From positions 56,687,470 to 56,724,184 of the forward strand of contig NC_068990.1 in assembly GCF_001194135.2 (NCBI RefSeq): 36,715 nt of DNA. The letters run 5' to 3'. How positions within the stretch are numbered: the first letter of the stretch is position 1; every line of letters begins with the position of its first letter. The position numbers and the translations under genes are program-made. This document shows, in pieces, positions 12,886 through 23,969 of the stretch. The notes under the pieces were generated by a model. That model saw nothing but the letters and a program-made list of their open reading frames with translations. It had not been told where the DNA came from and did not search any database. This stretch comes from Octopus bimaculoides. Taxonomy: Eukaryota.

Positions 12886-13235
12886 GCCTGAAAAAGTGCC
12901 ACACCCTAACAGTTGAGGGAACCCGTGGAAGAGGTAGGCCCAGGAAGACCTGGGCTGAGGTGGTGAGGCAAGACCTTTGTACATTGGGCCTCACCGAGGC
13001 GATCACTACTGACCGAGACCTTTGGAAATGTGCTGTGCGTGAGAAGACCCGGCAAGCCAAGTAAGATCATTGCCAGTGCTCCCCCCCCCCTGGACTGGCT
13101 CTTGTGCGGGTGGCACATAAGATGCACCATTTTGAGCCTGGTGTTGCCATCCGGTTTCACCAATCCTCAGTCAAATCGTCCAACCCATGCTAGCATGGAA
13201 AGCGGACGTTAAACGATGATGATGATGATGATGAT
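12886..13235 (+). mobile_element. 5'-truncated RTE-clade LINE (ORF C-terminus, 3'UTR, (ATG)n tail)
   Basis: KKCHTLTVEGTRGRGRPRKTWAEVVRQDLCTLGLTEAITTDRDLWKCAVREKTRQAK* is the typical RTE GRP..TW...V..DL..DR..W C-terminal motif. Confidence 0.9.
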
Positions 13236-13240
13236 ATATA

Positions 13241-13420
13241 TCATCATCATCATCATCATCATTTAATATCCATTTTCCATGCTGGCATCAGTTGGATGGT
13301 CTGATCAGTACTCACAAACAGGAGAGTTTCATCAGGTTCCAGTATGATTTGGCTGTTTTCTATAGCTGGATATTCTTCCTAACACCAATAACTTTGCAAA
13401 GTGTGTTGGGGGCTTTTTAA
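13241..13420 (-). mobile_element. RTE-type 3' tail element, tail-to-tail with the preceding copy
   Basis: (CAT)n TTAATATCCATTTTCCATGCTGGCAT...CTTCCTAACACCAA. Confidence 0.8.
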
Positions 13421-13561
13421 GTGTCAATACCATATGAAGGACAGTAATTTGGAAGTCTACTAATAACATTGAGTCTCCTTTTGTTGCTCCATATTTTAAT
13501 GATTTGCAAAACTTTGTGGTTTATAAAGTGTTGCAAATATCTATAAAGCATTAAGTTTGAG

Positions 13562-13969
13562 GGAAATTTTGCTATTACTTTTAGCAAGTCAAGTAATGAG
13601 ATGGAGATCCCCTTCGTTGGTTTATATTTCAATGACTTGCAAAATTTTGTGGTTTATAAAGTGTTGCAAATATTTTGTTGCTTTCATGTATGGCAAATTT
13701 GCAAACGTACTGCATGTTTCTTTATTGCATTACAGATAATGTGTATTTTTGTATTGTGCTGCAAGTAAACCGTAGATTTTGTAGTTAATTGTCAAAGAGC
13801 TGAGTTTGTGTAAAGCATAAGGTATGTGGTGTGTTGTTGCAGAGGGTTTGGAGTCTGTTGTAGTTGTAACGTGTTGACTTTGAAAGGTATTGTTATAAAT
13901 TTCTGTGCATGTTTTACTGTGATGTAAATGTATTTGTATGTGCTTGCAGCACGATGTCAATTTAATGAA
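13562..13969 (+). repeat. Repeat B, copy 2, preceded by a partial third copy (13468-13540)
   Basis: See 9411-9819; 13468-13540 repeats 13601-13672. Confidence 0.95.
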
Positions 13970-14344
13970 AGTTAGCATTTGAATTTCACTAACTCTGGAT
14001 AGCTTTGATTATGCTGGGTTAACATACATTTTCGAAGATATCAGTATTAATTTAAATGATATTTTCTATATATATAAGAAAAAATGGGATTAAAAATCCT
14101 GGCAGATATCAAGTAAGCACTCAGTATAAAAGAATAATGTTAAATTTCCAACAAGTAGATACCAGTAAATGTATGTAGAATGCAAGTTCCAGGTAAATCC
14201 AACAATCCTTATGCGGAGATTTAAGAAATTCTGAGTATTAACAACAATCAATAATATGTATGACGAAAATCATATCTTTCATTTTAGATTACACCTTAAC
14301 AATCCAACAATTGTTTCAATTGTTTTGGGATTAATCAATATGTG

Positions 14345-15144
14345 GGTATTCTATTTCAGATAATACAAAAATAACCTAATGAGTATATCTGAAAGTAAAC
14401 TCATGGTATCAGTTTGCACATCGTGAAATAATACTTAAAGGATATAACCAAAATTACCAGCAAGGTATATAATATACTTCATTAATTATCTCCTACTTTA
14501 ATTAATTCCTCTAATCACCATTTTAGTTCCAGCAAAAAAAAAAAAAAAAAACCGGAAGATATGTATTTGAATTTTTCTTGTTATATATCACATTTAAACA
14601 AAGACATTTTTATTCTGATGTTTAATCTTATATCTCACATTCTGTATTTGATATATACTTCAGTTTACATGATTGATATATATACTAATTCATATTTATA
14701 ATGTATAATTTATAAATTTTAATTCTTAATTTTTCCTCTTATTCTTTAATTCTTAATTTTTAATGCTTAATTGTATTACTTATTTTTAAAGGGATGTAAA
14801 ATTAGATACATAATATTTTGAAATAGAACTTGAAGATGTGTTGGAATAATCGTAAATCTGACGATTGTATATATGTATTTATATATGTATATATATATGT
14901 ATACAGTTGTGCATGTGTATATATATTGTAATTTTCCAATACTGAAACACGTGTAGTTCCTTCATATTTAATAAATTTAAGTATTAACTAAAGTAGGAGA
15001 TAATTAATGAAGTATATTATATACCCTGCTGGTAATTTTGCTTATATCCTTTAAGTATTATTTTGTGATGTGCAAACTGATGCCATGAGTTTATTTTCAG
15101 ATATACTCATTAGGTTATTTTTGTATTATCTGAAATAGAATACC
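14345..15144. mobile_element. 800-bp foldback/MITE-like element with 162-bp terminal inverted repeats
   Basis: 14345-14506 is the reverse complement of 14983-15144 (8 mismatches counted). Termini GGTATTCTATTTCAG...CTGAAATAGAATACC; AT-rich non-coding core. Confidence 0.85.
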
Positions 15145-15185
15145 GCGTGTGCGTGCACACACACACACACACTCACGTGACATGT

Positions 15186-15320
15186 CTTTTCAGTTTCCAT
15201 CTAACAAATCCACTCACAAGGCTTTGGTCAGTCTGGGGCTATAGTAGAAGCCATTTGCACAGATGCCATGGAATGTGACTGAACCGAAAGCCATGTGGCT
15301 GAGAGACAAACTCCTTACCA
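15186..15320 (-). mobile_element. SINE family A, 5' half
   Basis: CTTTTCAGTTTCCATCTAACAAATCCACTCACAAGGCTTTGGTC..ACTGAACC is the reverse complement of the family A head and core. Confidence 0.85.
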
Positions 15321-15574
15321 GAAAGAGAAAAGGTAAAGTTGGCCACCTTGGGCAGAAAATGTACCTGGTGGTGGTGGAAAATAAACATAAAATTTCAGAA
15401 AAGTTAGCTGGAACTTTTAAAATCCTATTTCAGACTCGAAATGATGCCAAAATGCAGTCTTTGAAGGCATTGTAATGTAGACCCATATAACTTCATCCTT
15501 AAAGAAGTAAAACTAAGTTGATAATGTTGAGAGAAAACACTGATGAGAAGCACAAGAAGGTGGGGGTAATATAC

Positions 15575-15757
15575 TCTTACTCTTTACTCTTTTACTTGTT
15601 TCAGTCATTTGACTGTGGCCATGCTGGAGCACCACCTTTAGTTGAGCAAATCGACCCTAGGACTTATTCCATCGGGCTCTTTTGCCGAACCGCTAAGTTA
15701 CGGGGATGTAAACACACCAGCATCGGTTGTCAAGCAATGTTGGGGTGACACACACAA

Positions 15758-15760
<3 letters not shown>
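15575..15760 (-). mobile_element. SINE family A, 3' half
   Basis: CTCTTTTACTTGTTTCAGTCATTTGACTGTGGCCATGCTGGAGCACC.. is the reverse complement of 36010-36200. Confidence 0.9.
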
Positions 15761-15790
<30 letters not shown>

Positions 15791-15820
15791 CACATATACA
15801 TATACTTGGAAAATGTAACA

Positions 15821-16034
15821 ATCTTTTCTACTGGAAGCACAAAGCCTCAAATTTGTGGGAGGAGACAAATTGATTACATCGCCCCCAGTGTTTCACTGGT
15901 ACTTAATTCATCAACCCTGAAAGGATGAAAGGCAAAGTTGACCCTGGGTGGAATTTGAACTCAGAATATAAAGACATACAAAATACCACTAAGCATTTCG
16001 CCTGTTGAGCCAATGATTTTACCAGCTCTCTGCC
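15821..16034 (-). mobile_element. SINE family B
   Basis: Reverse complement colinear with 25768-25985. Confidence 0.85.
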
Positions 16035-16135
16035 TTAGAAAAATGTAATAATGACAATACAAAGTAAACTTAATTCATTATGGAAACTTCAAATTATTTG
16101 GAATATTGCTGTTTTTAATATAATATTGAGTTCCA

Positions 16136-16275
16136 GGGTGGCAAGCTGACAGAATTGTTAGAGTACCAGGTAAAATGCATAGTGACATTTTGCCTGTATC
16201 CTAATAAAATAAGTACCAGTTGAACATTCGGGTTGATGCTCTGAAATTGCTGGCCTTGTGTCAAGATTTGACACC
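16136..16275 (+). mobile_element. SINE family B with internal deletion
   Basis: GGTGGCAAGCTGACAGAATTGTTAG head joined to AATAAGTACCAGTTG..GGCCTTGTG; B-box region missing. Confidence 0.6.
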
Positions 16276-16534
16276 AATACTTATGATCAAAATAAACCCC
16301 CATATAATTATTTACAATTCAGCATAAAACAAAAATATATGCAGATAAATATATTTTATAGAAATAAAATTTATCAGATTATTATTTCAGTTATCCAGTT
16401 GTTTTTCTTTTAGAATATTTCACATTAGAAAATCAAATGACAACGTTCAGTTTTTCTCTTCTTTTACTCTTTCTTGCTTTCTAATGTTGACAGATTCAAT
16501 ATTAGCAGAATCTGCTTGTCAAGGAGAACCATAA

Positions 16535-16598
<64 letters not shown>

Positions 16599-17334
16599 CG
16601 AATGGAAATCATTTTATTCCTAAATAATGTGTTTCCCAACCCACACAATCTAGCATAAGCAAAACTTATGAAAGTATTGTCAGAAATAATTTTGACTTGC
16701 TCGTTGAAGCCCAGAGCAATCAATGATTTCGTAATTTCTAAGCTGTGTTGATAAAAGGCTCACCCACTTAAAGAGGATTATGGATAAACTTAAATAAGAA
16801 TGAATAGCTGGTATTGTTTCAGCAAACATAATGAACAAAATAAGCATCTCGTGCATAATAATAACAAGGGCTTTACTTCATTGCAAAGTGATGGAAAGAA
16901 GGAATGCTCTTTGGTGTTAGGTTAGAAAAATATATTATGAGGCTTCGGCGATATAGCACTAGTCATGACAGATAAGTACCTTAGTCATATTGCTCAGTGG
17001 ATTACTAACAAAGGTTGGCATCTAAGTGTGTAACTAAGAAGACGGCTGCCACAGTTGACTGGAAGCAGTAGCGTATTGTCTTAATAGATGTTGACAGATC
17101 TACTGCTCATCTTGTTTATTATGTAAAATCTCTTGCACAAAATATACATGTAAAACTGTCTACTCGGAGAGCATTAGTTACATTTGTCAGGGATTGGTAT
17201 ACATATGGCAAGTACAAGAGGCTAAGTTGTAAGATGAATGACCATCTCTGAGAAAGTGCACAGAAAATAGTTAAGTTGTAAAGAAATAAAGGTGAAGAAA
17301 ATTCAAAGAAAAGTGGTGGTGAGGGAGTAGCTCA

Positions 17335-17490
17335 TAGGTGCAGGCATGGCTGTGTGGTAAGAAGTGTGTTTCCCAACCATATGGTTCCAGGTTCAGTCCC
17401 ACTGATACTCGGACAAGTATCTTCTACCTGAACCTTGGGCTACCCAAAGCCTTGTCTGGATTTAGTGGATGGAAATTGAAGGAAGCTCAT
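17335..17490 (+). mobile_element. SINE family A, 5' half
   Basis: GGTGCAGGCATGGCTGTGTGGTAAG..GGTTCAGTCCC..GGAAATTGAAGGAAGC. Confidence 0.85.
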
Positions 17491-17610
17491 CATGGATATA
17501 TATATCACCAATAATAATAAGGATTATTACGAAGTTCTCCACCACCATTTGACAATCAATGTTGGTGTTGATAACCTATTTTGAATACCTAACTGAGAGT
17601 GAACTGGTAA

Positions 17611-17695
<85 letters not shown>

Positions 17696-17886
17696 NNNNN
17701 NNNNNNNNNNNNNNNNNNNNNNNNNNNNNNNNNNNNNNNNNNNNNNNNNNNNNNNNNNNNNNNNNNNNNNNNNNNNNNNNNNNNNNNNNNNNNNNNNNNN
17801 NNNNNNNNNNNNNNNNNNNNNNNNNNNNNNNNNNNNNNNNNNNNNNNNNNNNNNNNNNNNNNNNNNNNNNNNNNNNNNNNNNNNNN
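17696..17886. other. Assembly gap (191 N) between (TA)n and (TG)n
   Basis: N run. Confidence 1.
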
Positions 17887-17952
<66 letters not shown>

Positions 17953-18014
17953 CAACATATATGTATATGTATATATATATACATACATGTACACACACGT
18001 GTGTGCATGTGTGT

Positions 18015-18150
18015 GTGTTTGTTTGCTCCCCACCACCACTTGTTGCCCAGGAAAAGGGACCAATAGGATAAGAACCAGCTTTTAAAAAAATGGAGCAATG
18101 GTAAAATAAGCACAGGAGATCAATTGATTTGACTAAATATTTTTGAAGGG
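18015..18150 (+). mobile_element. Degenerate SINE family A, 3' fragment
   Basis: GTTTGCTCCCCACCACCACTTG..GACCAATAGGATAAG..TTTGACTAAA resembles 36010-36150. Confidence 0.55.
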
Positions 18151-18936
18151 TGCATTAGCCGAAGAGAGCATTAGTTACATTTGTCAGGGATTGGTATACA
18201 TGAATGACCATCTCTGACTGAAAGAAGTAAATGAAAAAAAAGTTTATGTAATTTCTGAGAAAGTATATACTAAAAGTAAAATAATTTTATTTATTATTGT
18301 ATTGCTCCATTCTGAATTTAGGAATAATATAGTATTATCAAACATACACACTTGTACAAAAACAGTGTTTGACATAGTTGTTGTCATGCCATATATTAAA
18401 AGAACACTCTTTTAAATATACTCTTTATTTTTTTTTTGTTTCTCCCTCATCATCAGGCCTATTAGGTTATGCAACATCGTTATTGATTGCAAGCTTAAGC
18501 ACAAATAATTTATAAAGAGAGGAATGGGATTATGTGATGTTCATGCATTTTATTTTCCTCTGAAGCTTCAAATATAAATCAAAGACCATATCATGGATTT
18601 GGTTGCCCAAGAGCTTAATTATCATTCCATTCTCCCTCAATAAACCTCATGTTATCATCATTACAATTACCACTTCTAATACCACTGTCACAATTGTCAT
18701 CACTATTATTATTGTCATCATCCTTGTTATAATCCTCCTCCTCCATACTTCTTCCTTTACATCATTATCATCATCATCTTTAATGTTGCCTTCATGGTTG
18801 CTGCTGCCACTACTGCCACCATCAGCATAATCACTGCCATTATTAACAGCTATTAGAGAATATGAGTTAACGATTTTCTCACCCCTTTTTGCTCTATTAC
18901 TCTTTAAAATGAAGATTCCTTCATCAAATGCAGGAT

Positions 18937-19098
18937 TGACTGTGTTGTAAGAAAACTGAATCTCAACCACATGGTTCCAGGTTCAGTACTATTGCATGGC
19001 ACCTTGGGCATGTGTCTTCTACTTTAGCCTTCGGCCAACCAAAGTCTTGTCAGTAGATTTGGTAGACAGAAACTGAAAGAAGCCAATTGTATATATGT
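18937..19098 (+). mobile_element. SINE family A, 5' half (interrupted by RTE insertion)
   Basis: CCACATGGTTCCAGGTTCAG..GGCACCTTGGGCATGTGTCTTCTAC..AGAAACTGAAAGAAGCC. Confidence 0.88.
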
Positions 19099-19099
19099 A

Positions 19100-20603
19100 A
19101 TCATCATCATCTTCGATTAACATCCGTTTTCCGTGCTGGCATGGGTTGGACAGTTTGACTGAGGTCTGGAAAGCCAGTAGCTGCACCAGGCTCCAACCTG
19201 GTCTGGCAGAGTTTTTACAGATGGATGCCGTTCCTAACGCCAACCACTCCAAGAGTGTAGTGGGTGCTTTTTACGTGCCATCAGCACAGGGAGGGCCTGG
19301 CAGCGATAATGTTCGGATAGTGCTTTTTATGTGCCCCTGGCACAGGAGCCAATCAGGGGGTACTGGCATCAGTCATCAGTCACGATCAGTTGGTGCTTTT
19401 TAAATGCCACCGGCACCAGAGCCAGTAAAGTGGGCCTGGCAACGAACACGTTCAGGTGGTGCTTTTTGCATGCCACCAACATGGGAACCAGTCAGGGGGT
19501 ACTGGCATCAGTCACGATTGGTTGGTGCTTTTTACATGTCACTGGCACAGGAGCCAGTCAGGCGGAGCACGTTCAGATGATGCTTTTTACATATCACCGG
19601 CATGGGAGCCAGTCAGGGGGCACTGGCCCCACCTACGATATTGGTTTTACTTGACTCAACAGGTCTTCTCTAGCATATTATATTGTCCGATGCATCAGGA
19701 GTATTCTTAACAGGGCTGGATGTGCATGGCTGCGATCTCACTTTAGCTGCCAGGTCTTCTCAATCACAGCATGGCTCCAGAGGTCCCGGTCTCCTGTCAT
19801 TGCCTCACGTTGCTGAACATTGGCAAACTTCTTTTCTGCTACTCCCTTAGCTTCTCTTTTGGCTATCTAATACATTCTCCTGCTACCCCTACTCTTCCAG
19901 GCATTCCAGGCCTGTTTCTTTGCTCTAATGGCCCTGTCTACTGTATTGTTCTAACACCATGTTACCCTAGGTCTGGAAGGGACTTTGCACCAGCCCCAAA
20001 TTTGATCTGTAGCACTCAGCAAACTGTCTTGCAGGAATTCCCAGCTGCCTTCTATGTTACAGGACCATAGCTCCACTTCCCTATCATCAAATTTCTCAGT
20101 AAGGATATCCCTAAATCTCTGACCATGTGAAGGGTTCCTAAGCTTCTAAGTCCTTCTTTTCCAGATTGGTCTGGTTTTTGGCATCCTCCTGGCCTCAAGT
20201 CTAAAGTCACTAATAACTAGTCTATGTTGGAGGGTACATTCTTCACCAGAGAGGGTCTTTGTATTTAAGAGCAACAGTGCATCCCACTGTTTAGTGAGAA
20301 TGAAATCGATCTGGTGAGTGGAGTCACCTGATTGATAGGTTATCAGGTGGATAGCTGGCTTCCTGAAGTTGGTGTTGCAGATCAATAGGTTATTTTCATT
20401 GCAGGACTCCAGGCGCCTAGTTCCCACTTCATTTCTGGTACCAACTCCATGGCCCCCATGCACATCATGGAAGATACCAGATTGCTGTCCGACATACCTA
20501 TTAAAATCTCTAGCCACAAAGATGAGATCATTATCACTCATCTTTGAGGTAGACCGCAGAAGGATATAAAAGTGATCATGCTGTTTATTTGGTAGGCCTG
20601 TTC
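19100..20603 (-). mobile_element. RTE-clade LINE, 5'-truncated and lacking the RT domain; retains C-terminal half of the APE endonuclease, linker, ORF end and repeat-rich 3'UTR
   Basis: Minus strand TGLPNKQHDHFY..DLIFVARDFNRYVG..NTNFRK..TYQSGDSTHQIDFIL..LQHRLVISDF (APE). Then ..KKFANVQQRE joined directly to EAMTGDRDLWSHAVIEKTWQLK*, homologous to 13000-13064. (ATG)n tail at 19100. Confidence 0.9.
19264..19640. repeat. Six-unit tandem repeat (55-73 bp) inside the RTE 3'UTR
   Basis: Units start (G/A)TGCTTTT at 19264, 19320, 19393, 19459, 19525 and 19580. Confidence 0.85.
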
Positions 20604-20760
20604 ATTTGGTAGGCTCAGCAAAAAGAGACCAATAGAATAAGTACTAGGCTTTAAAAAATAAATCCTGGTATTGGTTTGTTCGACTAAAATCCTTCAAGGT
20701 GGTGCCCCAGCATGGCTCCAGTCAAATGACTGAAACAAGTAAAAGAATAAAAGAATAAAC
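20604..20760 (+). mobile_element. SINE family A, 3' half (partner of 18937-19098)
   Basis: GCAAAAAGAGACCAATAGAATAAGTACTAGGCTT..CAAATGACTGAAACAAGTAAAAGAATAAAAG. Confidence 0.88.
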
Positions 20761-21450
20761 CTATAATTTTATCAGAAAAAAAAAAAACCCCTAAATTTAT
20801 ATTGGTAAGATTTCAACTTATTGCCAAGAACCATAATTGATTGAAAATGGATATTTCTGAACTGATTCTCAAATTTTTCATTTAAAGAAATTATCTGTAG
20901 AAAAGTTTTGTTTAAACCTAAGTGGAGAATTTGTGACAACAGAGGTAAAATTTATTGTTGTGTAACCAAATTTGTCCTATTGTTGTTGCTGTTGTTGTCC
21001 TTTTTATTACTATTTCTATTTTAAATGTGGATAATGCGACCAGTGTAGCTGTCACTTGTCAAGATAATTACATTGTTAGAGCATTAAAAAATACTTTATT
21101 ATTGAGAAACGTTTCCTGCAGAATGTACCACATCTCTTTGAGAATAACAAGGATGGTGATATAAAAACATGCCAAAACCACCTGGAATTGAATGGAGACG
21201 GAAAATATAATAAATCATTCAGTATAGAAGAAGCTACAAAAATCTTGTTATAGTAGAAGACAAATATAAAAGATATATGAAAATATTTCTCAACTCTAGT
21301 TGAGAAGAGGGCAGCAAGCTACACAATGTATTGTGGTTCACTTTTGTTACAGTAGCTGTCCATTCAAAAAGTATACAGGTGCTTTGATGACAGCCTGAGG
21401 ATTCAATTTAAACCTGTACAAGTGTTTTATATATGACAGTGTAAGGGTTC

Positions 21451-21712
21451 ATCCTCATCATCGTTTAACATCCAGTCTCCATGCTGGCATGGGCTGGATG
21501 GTTTGATATGGAGCAGGCTAGCTGGGAGCTGTCAGGTCTCCAACTGTCTGTTTTGACATGGCTTTTATGGCTGGATGCCTTTCCTAGTGCCAACCACTTA
21601 ACAGAGTGTGCAGGGTGCTTTTAACATGTCATCATTATGGCCTTGTTTACACAGTACCAGTATGGGTGCATTAACACAACACTGACATGGGTACTTTTTA
21701 AGTGACACCTGA
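21451..21712 (-). mobile_element. RTE-type 3' tail element
   Basis: CATCATCGTTTAACATCCAGTCTCCATGCTGGCATGGG..GGATGCCTTTCCTAGTGCCAACCAC..GGTGCTTTT. Confidence 0.8.
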
Positions 21713-21944
21713 AAGGACAAGCCTGTATCAGTGGAAGTACAACAAATTGCCACCTCACCTGGTCCCTTGTCATTTTCTCAGTGACAGAAATATAACCCAA
21801 TGTTACCGCAATCCTTTTGTTTTATATCAAATGTTTCTCCCACATTTCATTAAACCCACCAGAAAAATGTATGTATATGAGCATTGTCTTTTAGTGATAT
21901 GATTTAAATGAACCAGAACTCAGTGCTGAAGTTGAATAATGAAT

Positions 21945-22198
21945 AAAGCTCCTTCCTAAGTCATGTAGACTCATAAGGGCTGCTTTCCTGGTGTCTGTGA
22001 TGTATATATTCCCCATCTGGACAGGACACCAGTCCATCGTGGGATTATCCATTTTTGCCAAATGAGTAAACTAGAACAACATGAAACGAAGTGCTTTGCT
22101 CAAGAACACTACACAACACCCAGTCCAAGAATCAAAACTATAATCTTGCAATCTTGAGTCCTGGTGCTGCATAAACAATCACTGACCACTAAGCCAGG
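21945..22198 (-). mobile_element. tRNA-derived SINE, third family (C), with conserved central-domain-like motifs
   Basis: Minus strand TGGCTTAGTGG A-box, TTTGATTCTT degenerate B-box, GTGTTCTTGAGCAAAGCACTT and GATGGACTGGTGTCCTGTCCAG, resembling the central domains of metazoan SINE superfamilies. Exact superfamily not determined. Confidence 0.65.
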
Positions 22199-23742
22199 CG
22201 TCTCCACTAGTACTCAGGCTGATGTAAATGATTATACTTGAGATTAGCTGAAACTACTGAATAAGAAATATTGAACTTTTGATTTCTCTTCTCAATCTGT
22301 GTCTTCATATAAATATATCAAGCAGGAAACATAATCTATGACTTTGCTTCAATTTCAGCTTGAAATTTATAGTACTACTTTTCTCATAAAAGATAAAAAA
22401 GAATGAAGACCATGGTTTCTACTACCCCTCCCCTTAAAAGTTGTTGTATAATCCATGGTCAGTTCTGATCGAGCAAACCTATGATCTCAGGCAATCAAGC
22501 AGAGCACAGTCCATTAAAAATTTTTTTTTTACCAGATATAATGTATCTAACACCACATTATTCAATATGCAGTTTCGTTTTTTAGGATGGTAGAGTGAAA
22601 TTTGATAAAGATTTGATTGTTATTTCTATATAAGAAATCTTGATCCTAATAATAAAATTTTGAGTGTCACTGCGAAATAATGAGACTAAATGTGATTGCA
22701 AAATCATTAAGCTGTTGAAATTTGATGACGTAGTCCAGAAATAGCAGGCAGACTTTCTGAAAACTAATAGATTCTGCATGAAATGAAAGCTATATGCATT
22801 TGGCACCAATGGGATAAATAATAAAGTATGGTTATGATAGTTATATTATTGATGAAAATATTTCATTTTCTTCACACGAAGCCATCTAATCTTTAGTTAT
22901 ATATCATTTCCACTTATCTAGATTTATGAAGTGTCGTCTATTGTTTCATTCAGTTTGAGGTCTCCAGCATTTTGTTGATAGAGATATCTATTATAATATA
23001 AAACAAACAATTTAGTTTCACACCCAGGTCTAACATGAAGAAACGTTACAATAGCTGATGTTGGCTGCAAATATCACCCTAACTGTTTTCTCTATTGTAT
23101 GCAATAGCAGTCAATAACAGATGGTTCGAAAATGAATGGAATAAAGTGCTGGTGGTTGGAATCTTACAGAATAGCTAGTATTAGTCTCCAGCTGTTCAAA
23201 GATTGAAGCTTTTCCTAAAACCAATAAACATTTACTAATGTAACACAATGTACAAGAAATTAAATTAAAAATTGTGATAGCAAATAAAAAGGAGTGTTCA
23301 TTACAAAATATGCTAAATATTTCTAACATTAAAACTTTTCTTTCATCACTTATTTTCTTGGCAAAACTAATCATTGCTTTCTTCATTTCTAAAAATATTA
23401 ACTTAATATTTAGACACAAGTCTAGTTATTTGAGAAGGAAAAACTGCAGAAAACTGGAACTTTTAACAGGTGGGTGACAACATAAACACTGGCTGAATAT
23501 AAAGAACCATGTTAAATACCGAAATGTATTGAATCTAATGCTTTGCTTTTTCAAACATTATTATTAACTTTGACTTTTAGAATTTTATAAAAAAATATGC
23601 TCAAACTGTAGTCATTAAAGTGAAAATGAAACCAATTGTTATTCAGTCCTGATCTAGCTTGCATATTATCTAAGGCTTTCTACTTGAGGCCCTACTATTT
23701 ATTCCCCAGTTGTAATTTATCCTTGGCCACATTATTCAAGAT

Positions 23743-23938
23743 ATTCCTAAGATATTTTTTGATGTTATTATTATTATTATTATTATTATTCAGGTCACTG
23801 CCTGGAATTGAACTTGGAATCTTGGGATTAGTAGCCCGCACTCTTAACCACTACGCCATATGCCCATGGGTATATGGCGTAGTGGTTAAGAGCGCGGGCT
23901 ACTAACCCCAAGATTCCAAGTTCGATTCCAGGCAGTGA

Positions 23939-23969
<31 letters not shown>

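Noticed and set aside
18603-18970. Ile/Thr-rich or hydrophobic ORFs
   Set aside because: Degenerate (ATC/ATT)n low-complexity DNA with no coding signal.
19264-19640. CRISPR-like repeat-spacer array
   Set aside because: The apparent spacers are homologous to each other, unit lengths vary, the context is a eukaryotic LINE 3'UTR, and there are no cas genes.
23868-23940. Functional tRNA gene (both arms of the palindrome)
   Set aside because: A- and B-boxes are present, but the acceptor stem does not pair, the T-stem has two mismatches and the anticodon arm is irregular; it is a SINE-type head.
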